DNA from: Octopus bimaculoides
Lineage: Eukaryota
NCBI RefSeq assembly: GCF_001194135.2
Contig: NC_068990.1
Coordinates: forward strand, 90,421,023 to 90,485,022
Length of the DNA: 64,000 bases
Direction of reading: 5' to 3'
This document shows, in pieces, positions 54,885-64,000 of the stretch (the stretch's first letter is position 1; each line of letters begins with the position of its first letter). The position numbers and the translations under genes were made by a program. The notes under the pieces are model-generated. The model had not been told where the DNA came from. It searched no databases and saw only the letters and a list, made by a program, of their open reading frames with translations.

Positions 54885-55054
54885 GAAGAAACATATTTAC
54901 ACCGATGGATACTCCTAAACCAGCTGCTAAGTATCCCACCCGTGAGGGATCGATGCTAAATGGGTCGAAACAATTATAGTGATTAATAAGCATTCTCCTA
55001 ACTTCTATCTTTACTCTCTACCATTAATCAAATATATGGAATAATGTTTACTTC

Positions 55055-55329
55055 TCAAACCCTCTTTCATGGGGCCGAAGAGATGACAGTCCAGTGACGA
55101 GGAAGTGAAAACTGTAGTGAAGAAGAAGTGACTTAAAGAACAGTCAACAGAATTTTATGGGGCAGGGATACATGCTCTCATTCGAAGGTGGAACGTTGCT
55201 ATTGAGAGAAATGGTGACCATGTTGAGAAGTAGGGATGTGATCCACAGAGGACCAGCTTCATTTTGATGTATGATATATGTTCCTGTATTCCTAAACAAA
55301 ATGGCGTTACTTTTTGACTCACCCGCGTA
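55055..55329 (+). mobile_element. Mariner transposon 3' end (transposase C-terminus and right TIR)
   Basis: SSDEEVKTVVKKK*LKEQSTEFYGAGIHALIRRWNVAIERNGDHVEK* is a typical mariner C-terminus; terminal ggcgttactttttgactcacccgcg|TA. Confidence 0.88.
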
Positions 55330-55902
55330 CATTTGTACATACACACGCATATATAATATAAAGGCATATTCATACACTTATGTATTTGAATGTATATACG
55401 AATATGTGTGAGTCTGACTCTGTGCGTGTGTGTGTGTATATATATATAGAGAGAGAGATAGATAAATATGCGTATATACGTGTATGAATGTATGCATGAA
55501 TGTATGCATGAATGTATGCATGCATGTACATATAATTGTATATGTGTGCAATGTGTATGTATGTATGTATGTATGTATGTATGTATCTATGTATCTATGT
55601 ATGTGTAGGTGTATATGTATGTATGTATGAAGGATGAATTTCTAAGTTTTCCCCGAAATATTGACTTCACTCTCGAAGATAAGTTCAAATCGATCGCTCT
55701 GACCTGCTTTCTTCTTAACCAGCTTGTTGTCATCATTATCTAAGTGCAATAGATTGTTCGATCACACACAACACCCCTGTCGAACTGCATCTCGCATGTG
55801 CATTGCACACCGACTGCCTTCTATCTATTTTTACAGCATTTCTCCAAATTCTCCATCAATCATTCGCTCTACTACTTTGACTCGATCAATTCATCTCTCT
55901 CT

Positions 55903-55975
<73 letters not shown>

Positions 55976-56167
55976 CTATCTATCGATCTATACTCATGTT
56001 CTCTCTTCTATTCACTCCCAATATTCGTTAACTTTTGATCATTCCTGAAATACTTATAAGATTATTTTAATTCGACATTGTGATGCATTTCATGTGACTT
56101 AAATTACATGTTCCTGCGTATTATTATTACTGACGTTGTTGTTGTTGTTATTATTATTATTATTATG

Positions 56168-56212
<45 letters not shown>

Positions 56213-56384
56213 GCCTTTGCACAGCTTCTAATGCTGGAGATGTACTACGGTGTCAGCTGTTCACTACCAGTGAACTAAGGTAACGCCCCTTATTTTTCAA
56301 GCACCTTCCGGAGTATTCGAGCGGTTCCACGCGGTGCTGTTTTCTGCAAGGGCCCCACCCTTACTGCAGCCTTTATTTGCTCCC

Positions 56385-56387
<3 letters not shown>
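56213..56387 (-). mobile_element. 5'-truncated R4/Dong-like LINE 3' end
   Basis: EQIKAAVRVGPLQKTAPRGTARILRKVLEK* (stop at 56290), 77-nt 3' UTR, (AAT)n on both sides; same family as 30361. Confidence 0.85.
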
Positions 56388-56457
<70 letters not shown>

Positions 56458-56941
56458 GTTTGACGCCAAGTCTACCTGAAGATTACACCAGTTTACACGC
56501 ATCTATACACGTGTATGTAATACCCAACAACTTACATTATTATACAAAGTATAAAGGGTTCAATTGATCAAGCATCTCGAACAGTAATATGTCGTAACAG
56601 ATAGGAGGTCCATTTGCTTGGATTAATTTCACTGATCAATAGGCAGCTCTACTAACTACTAGATTAAATAAAAGAATGTATATATATGTGTGTGTGTGTG
56701 TGCGTGTGTGTGTGTACGTGTGTATGTATGTAAGTGTGCTGGTTTGTTTTCATGCGTGTAAATAAATCTATTAGAATGTATTCTAATATCATATAGTATT
56801 TGTTTCAATGTAGATGTAGCGTCAGGCAAGGAGACATCCTGATCCCTCTTATTCTTTCAACAACACCCTGAGGACTCGATTAGAAGCAGAAAATATATAT
56901 ACGTTTCAGAATAATGAGAGAATGTGAAAAAAACATCTTAC

Positions 56942-57052
56942 CTCATTTTCATCGGCAAACTTCCTTAGACCGTCCCATATCAATTTTAAGGTTTCCCTCG
57001 CCTCTTTATGTTTTTGACCATCAATTGGCCAGGAATGCAAGTCGCAGATTTT
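56942..57052 (-). CDS. cex: Calexcitin coding exon (residues ~41-77, start of EF2 loop)
   Basis: ctcttcag|AAAATC...AATGAG|gtaaga; 111 nt, KICDLHSWPIDGQKHKEARETLKLIWDGLRKFADENE. Confidence 0.95.
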
Positions 57053-58447
57053 CTGAAGAGAAATATAAGCATTGATCTAACCATACAACACGGAAATAAA
57101 TATCAATTTAGTTTATGAAAATCAAGACAATTAAAAAGGATTCCGCTGTAAAACAGATTCAATTGAAAACGGGTCAATAATGTAGTTTTACTTATTCGTT
57201 CGACTTACTAGGAATAGCAACCAAATCTCCCTTGGAATACATTATACCGTCTTCTCAAAAAGGTACAATGGAGTCCACGTTATATCGTTCGCAAAAGGAG
57301 AAAGATCACAAATGGTTTATCTTTGATCATGGGACCGTCCATTTATGGCCATACCAAAGAAGGAGTTTTATTCAAGTATGTTGCATATGAGCAATTAGAA
57401 CCAGTTTCAAATTCTGCGTGTGAAACCCTGGTTTCTTCTTTTTAATAGAGCTTAGAAAAATATCTACTGTTCCATTCGTAAAGTAACGAGAACCACATTA
57501 TAAAGGGCGTTCTTTCCTTTATTTACGATAGTGTAATATGACACTCGTACTTCTCACCAAACGCAGAAACGAAATCTTGAAAATGAATGGAAACAATCTG
57601 TATTTTATATCCATTTTTTTACAGACGTTTCCATTTTCTTATTCTTCCATAATTGGTTAAGCATACAATATAAGACACGCTTCATTCTCAATACCAAAAA
57701 TCTTCGCAACTCAGAGGTAATTGAGTACAGGCAACATAATAAATTATTCATAAGTAATTTAATTTTTTTCGTTTTTTTTAAGCCTTTAGGTACTTGAACG
57801 ATTTTTTAAAATTTAAGAAGGAGTTCGAGCCTCGAAACAAATTCAAATCTATTGCATGAAGAGTGATTGGAAAGAGGATCGATTAAGAAGTTTTGATATT
57901 TAAAGCTAGCGAGTATATTTTCTGTATGCATTTAAAAGATAGTGAAATGCTATAAACGGTGCAACACAACAAGCAATAAAGCAATACACTTCCAAATTAT
58001 AAGTTCTACAAAATCTATGGCAGCCAATTTTTAATGGTCTTTTCTTTTCTTTAAAGCATGTTATACAGAAATATGTGTGTGTCAGTCATTTCCAGTTTCC
58101 CCGCTTAGCTGTATTTAGTTGCCTCTACTGGGTTCAAATCACGACTAGAATAGCGTCGGTGTTCATACATCCGGAGTCGGTAAAATAAATAGCACTTACT
58201 TTATCAAGTATAATCTTTGCTTACAAACCTGTGCATCGGTAAGCATGCACCAATACGTCAATAGATTATATATCATTTCTCATATATATAAACACTAGTA
58301 TTCAGTCTATGACAGCCAGTATATTATATAAATGTATGTACGTATATAAACTTAGTGTAGCGTGAATTTGTTTCACCGTACGTTCATTCCGAGTCCAATG
58401 TTGTCAATTGTAAAAAGAACTTGCAGGACAGTGTTATGTATGTATAA

Positions 58448-58481
<34 letters not shown>

Positions 58482-60421
58482 GTGTGTGTATTAATATTAG
58501 ACGAAAGCATGAAATACACTTCATTAAATCAGAATATAGTATCAAATTTCTTTTAAAATAATGACGAATGATTAACGAATTTTTCCGCAGAACTTATCGT
58601 AATTTTCTATTTAAAAGTGTTGACCTTTCTATGACCGGAAGCAATTTAGAAAACAATGTTTGTCAAGTTTGTAAGACATCATTAACTTACGAAATAATTA
58701 ATTGTTAGCGAGTTTTGATTTATTCAGCAGCTAAAAGAAAACGGAAGAAAATTACCATCGTCTCTTGTCATAAATCATTAAAAAATCGAAATTAAAAATC
58801 GTGATTTATTGTTATAACTAATTTCTATTTAATATCAATTGGACAATCGTTTAGACTTCAACGATGGTATTGAAAGTAAACAGCGAAACAAAACGTAAAC
58901 CATTATGAATAATTAATCTATGTAAATCAAAACATATCCAGACTTAACGCAACAACCAATACGTCATATAATTTACAATATATTGCCTGGGTTTCGTCAT
59001 GAAATGATTGTCGAGTCCGCTCGTATTATATTTCGTTCCTTCTTTTATTTATTTTTTTTTAATCTTCAAAATGTATGTTATCTTAGTTGTATATAAGTGA
59101 ATATCATTAACTGATGACGTTCGCCTAAATACAAATCTCAGTGTTTAATTAAATACTACAATAAACAGGACGACGCGTAATAAACTCCATATTTCTTTCA
59201 GGACAAGCAAGAAATATATATCAGAAATCGATTCATCAACTGCTTATACCATTGTTTGAGAGATAATTCTGGAAAAAATATTGTAACGTAGAACAATGTG
59301 ACAATGGTTAAAAAAAGCCAAGTGTCTTGATGTTATCCAAACAATACAGATTAAAATACTGTTTACAAATCAGACTTTTAAATAATAATCAGATTCACCA
59401 TTTCTCTTCAAATTTAGATAATGGCTTTCTCAAATTTCGTTACCGTCACCAAACTATCATAATTGATATGTCACATTGCACGAAATACAACGTATTCTCA
59501 CCAATCTGTATTCCTCTTTCAGCTTAGTAATGTTCCAAAGTAAATATGAACCACTTTAACCCCAGCCTCTTATCATTGTAGAAAGGTTTTTAAAACTTTG
59601 CTGACACATTAATTTTCCCTTTCACAGAGGACGAATAAAAATAATTACAGAAAATCTGTGCCAACATTTTGGCAGTTACGCCTTTTGCAATGGCACGAAA
59701 TTATTATAGTTGCTCCTCTTGGAATTAGATTTAAATACTTCTTTCTCTATGTGTAATCTATAAACCTCAAACGTAAGTTAAAAACTGATCTTTAACGTAA
59801 TTCTGAAACATGTGGGAGTAAAAACTACAATAAAAAAAATTAACCATGACAGACGAGTAGACGTGTGTTCTACTTTGTGTAATGCCAACATGAACAACAA
59901 AATGTTTTTGCTGGTTTTTACCTCAATTTTTATGATAAATTTGTTCAATATCTTATCATAGTCCATTTTGACAACCACTTAGACATGATCAGTGTAGTAA
60001 TTCATTAAGAACTAACTCTAGGTATCAATTCCAAAACGCCATACTCTAACATCGCCACTATGGTGGGGGAAGGCCTGCCAAATTGTATACATGCATAGCG
60101 CAGCGTATGTTTTGTTTGCATTTGTGTGATGTATTGTTTACATCAGGCAAAGTACAGGTTCTTGGCAAAGAATCGTTATTTTGATGAATTTTATAGTAAA
60201 AATTACCGAGTGGTTCGTATATCCGTCAATAGATTAATGGCTCGAATTCTATTGGCACTCTGACATTTACTATGTGGTGAAAATGTCAGGAAAATGTTAA
60301 AGCAAGCAGTTGTTGATTAGTATACATACGGTGATTTATTGGTGTATATTTCTTGTGTATATTTCCCCCTGTGAAGATCAACAGGTATAATTTTAAAACT
60401 CTATATGATATGCGCCTGCTT

Positions 60422-60665
60422 TAGTGTTTAGGGTATCCGGCTCATGATTGTGAGGCCATAAGTTCGATTCCCGGCGGTGTGCTGTGTCCTTGAGCAAGGC
60501 ATTTTATTTCACGTTGCTCCACTCCACTTAACTGGCACAAATAAGTTGCACCTGTATTTCAAAGGACCAGCGTTAAGGATACAAGTGTCTGTGGAGCGCT
60601 CATGCGCTTGCACGTTAATTTCGGATCAAGTGGAACCCTCGTCATCGTAACCGACGGAGTGCTAG
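60422..60665 (+). mobile_element. SINE with family C tail and a different head
   Basis: gttcgattccc B-box, tgtgtccttgagcaaggca box; tail gcacgttaatttc...gaaccctcgtcatcgtaaccgacggagtgc shared with 23695-24078. Confidence 0.8.
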
Positions 60666-62362
60666 TCACATGCAGTATGTACGTGGATATGTGTGTACGT
60701 ATAAAATTTGCATGTATGCATATGTATATATAATTAAGTAAAGGCAATCAACGTCATTTAGGGATCATAAATCCAACGAAAATACTGGTTACTTACCAAT
60801 CGATAGAAAGTTCAACTATAAGGTAACCATATAAACCATGGTTCATATATTTATATATTTAAAAGAAAAATAAGGAGAAAACGGAGAGGTATTTAATAAA
60901 ATTATTGATTAATTATAAAATATGACATTTCTGACAAGTGTTTCGAAGCAGCTGTCAGAGATGTTGTCATATTTACTTGTTAATAAATAATTTATTAATT
61001 ACCTTTCCACTTTCTCCTTATTCTTTATATATAACTATAATTTCATATATATAGTGAGGAAACGTGAGAGAGGGGTAAATAAATAGATACATAACCAAAC
61101 ATAAAACAAAAGCCAGACATGTTTTATTTCAGACACATCAAGTTACGTATGAGACTATAAAAAAAGTGTTCAACACCATAAACTTCTATACGCGAATATA
61201 TAAACTTCCATACATTATCATATTCTCTCTACACAACAATAAAGCTGTACATCATGATAGGGCACCATAACCAATTATACGCATCTATACCTCATTAGTT
61301 GCGTCTATACCAGTATCCTAAGATCTAACTCATTATCATTTTTATCTTAGTCAAATATCTAATGAAAATACACTTTGTCGCTTCTGCTTAGTTTTACGAC
61401 CTACGTGGTGGTTTTACCTCATTCAATCAGTATTTTTTATGATTAAGCTAACATCTGTGTTATGGCTGTTACTTAGCTCCAGATTAGCTCTTATCAGGAC
61501 GACCTATCGTCAAAGCAATCAACCGTGACCATATCTATTTATCTATTTATTTATCCATTTATCTATTTATTTATTCATTTATTTATGTATTTATTTATTT
61601 ATTTATTTATTTATTTCAGTTTGGACTATGCCATTCCGATTTCTTAAAATGGCATTTTCCTACTGATTTTTTACTATGCTGGACTTCGCAGACCATGGAT
61701 GATGGTGCTTATGTCTGCCTGATATATAATTTATCGTTCTGTATTTATAGAGTGGCTAAATGATATATTTGATATCAGATGCAAATCAATATGATTTTAC
61801 ACCGGTATGCACAGAAACGGACAGAGACACCAACACGTGCGAAGAACTGCAACGCACATATACACACACACAGGCATATACATGTATTTATACATGTGCG
61901 TAGGCATATATACCTATATATATATATATATATATATATNNNNNNNNNNNNNNNNNNNNNNNNNNNNNNNNNNNNNNNNNNNNNNNNNNNNNNNNNNNNN
62001 NNNNNNNNNNNNNNNNNNNNNNNNNNNNNNNNNNNNNNNNNNNNNNNNNNNNNNNNNNNNNNNNNNNNNNNNNNNNNNNNNNNNNNNNNNNNNNNNNNNN
62101 NNNNNNNNNNNNNNNNNNNNNNNNNNNNNNNNNNNNNNNNNNNNNNNNNNNNNNNNNNNNNNNNNNNNNNNNNNNNNNNNNNNNNNNNNNNNNNNNNNNN
62201 NNNNNNNNNNNNNNNNNNNNNNNNNNNNNNNNNNNNNNNNNNNNNNNNNNNNNNNNNNNNNNNNNNNNNNNNNNNNNNNNNNNNNNNNNNNNNNNNNNNN
62301 NNNNNNNNNNNNNNNNNNNNNNNNNNNNNNNNNNNNNNNNNNNNNNNNNNNNNNNNNNNNNN

Positions 62363-62407
<45 letters not shown>

Positions 62408-62540
62408 CACGTATATACATTTATATATATAATCACACGTTAATTCATGGCTGTATTCAGCATCGAATGTTTTCAAGTGTTTCCATGGATCCGCTGCATA
62501 TTTTTCATTAATAAAGCATAACGACCCACCGGAATAAGAT

Positions 62541-62694
62541 GAATGGAGTCACAAGAATGGAGTCACCAGAATGGAGTCACAAGAATGGAGTCACAAGAAT
62601 GGAGTCACAAGAATGGAGTCACAAGAATGGAGTCACAAGAATGGAGTCACAAGAATGGAGTCACAAAAATGGAGTCACAAGAATGGAGTCACAA
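62541..62694. repeat. 14-bp minisatellite (GAATGGAGTCACAA)x11
   Basis: 11 units counted; 9 perfect, 2 with a single substitution. Confidence 0.97.
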
Positions 62695-63159
62695 GAAGAA
62701 CAGAGAAAAAAACAAAATGTTAATTTGTCGCTGGTGCTGATGGTTATTCTTCCGGTTTGTGTAGACCTTTTCAAAGCAGAGAATTTATCAAAATTGATCG
62801 AACCTGGGTTACGCTAATATATTTCTTCAGTCACGAAACTAGAAATCATATACTCTGTACAACCGATCTCTCCTGTTTCACATATTTCACTTTCTTATGT
62901 TTCTTGTTTCACATGTTTCCTGTTTCACATGTTTCACTTTCTCTTAAGAACCAGAAAGCACTGCATCACCCGACAACGTTTAATTCCCTACAAAGTTCAG
63001 GTGAAATCTATAAAGGAGCAAAGTTCAGGCATGTGAGTGGAACCTGCTGCTATACACAAAGATATCCTAAACCTCATCCAGGTAAAAGCTGCTCAAGTGA
63101 TTTACATGAAATCAGCCATAAACATACTTTCACTTGTGACTGACAGAAGTCCCCGCTCT

Positions 63160-63330
63160 CTCTCTCTCATCACCCTGCCTTTACTGCCTCTACAATAGTT
63201 CAAGTGTATCCGAAATTACTGATTGCCTCATGCCGTATACACACGTCCTTGTCTGTTTTTTCATCCTATTCCCCATATCTTTCTACCAAACATTGCTCTT
63301 ACCACCACGCCAGATTCCTCCTTATCAAAA
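63160..63330 (-). mobile_element. Possible decayed RTE-type LINE fragment
   Basis: Minus strand RQGRVYTA* then frameshifted GYT*TIVEA resembles KGRVYTACVR...YGSETW. Confidence 0.3.
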
Positions 63331-64000
63331 TTTTTTTGTCATTGTATTGAACTCTCTACTTGTCTTTTCTACATTCGGCTGCTGGCATTAATCTTGCTCG
63401 CCTTTCGGGGACTGCTATGGCAATGGTTACAGTGCCTTCCTTCAGACCTTACAATACACAAGGTGACACTATCGCGTGCATCGTTCATTAAAATTTCAGG
63501 GCAATCTGTCCGCCAGATCTAGCCACGTAGAGCGACAGCATTAACGCTCACTCAGGTTTGAGATGTTTCTAATCTTTTGAATAATGACACAAATTTCAAA
63601 AGACCAAATATTCTGTGAAAAAATATATCTATAATAAAAGCTGGTGACGACTATTTTCTTTTTATTAGCAATACAAAAGATATCAGCAGACGTGCAATCT
63701 TATTTCGAATTAAAAATCAAAATATTATCAAACGAATCACTAAGTAAATTTATAAAATTGAATGGATTTCGGTGGAGTGAGAGAACAAGGGGAAAATGAA
63801 GGAAAGATGGTATTGGTTAAAAATTGAATGATTCTTCGGCGCCAAACACAAGACAAATAGCAGTTAATAGATTGAAAGCATTGTTAATGCCAGGAATATT
63901 CGAAGAGAGAATACTGACATCAGATCAAATATGCGATTGAAAAAAAAGAAGATATTTTTTTGTCAGTGATTATTATAATCTTTTCATACTTATTTAATAG

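Noticed and set aside
62541-62694. CRISPR-like reading of the tandem array
   Set aside because: Units are contiguous with no spacers, no cas genes are present, and the context is eukaryotic.

Overview
AT-rich, microsatellite-dense eukaryotic genomic DNA with 16 N-gaps. It is almost certainly from a coleoid cephalopod, probably an Octopus draft assembly. This is an inference from the squid-like protein, the recurring tRNA-derived SINE families and the repeat landscape. One protein-coding gene is well supported: a minus-strand calexcitin (EF-hand, SCP family). Four exons are visible (57052-56942, 51881-51749, 48673-48576, 41420-41307). They splice in frame with GT-AG sites into 151 aa matching residues 41-191 of squid calexcitin as I recall it; the N-terminal exon(s) were not found. 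The rest is intronic or intergenic: about 20 SINE copies or fragments from three families, three truncated R4/Dong-like LINE ends inside (TAA)n tracts, decayed LINE RT fragments, a mariner 3' end, a 127-bp MITE, a probable LTR/gag relic, minisatellites and SSRs. Nearly all ORFs in the supplied track are artefacts of SSRs or N-runs. Best leads: two hammerhead-ribozyme-like motifs of the Penelope type, an altered C-terminal kinase motif in calexcitin, inverted SINEs flanking an in-frame 231-nt exon cassette, and SINE foldback or template-switch structures. I found no clearly novel multi-gene system.
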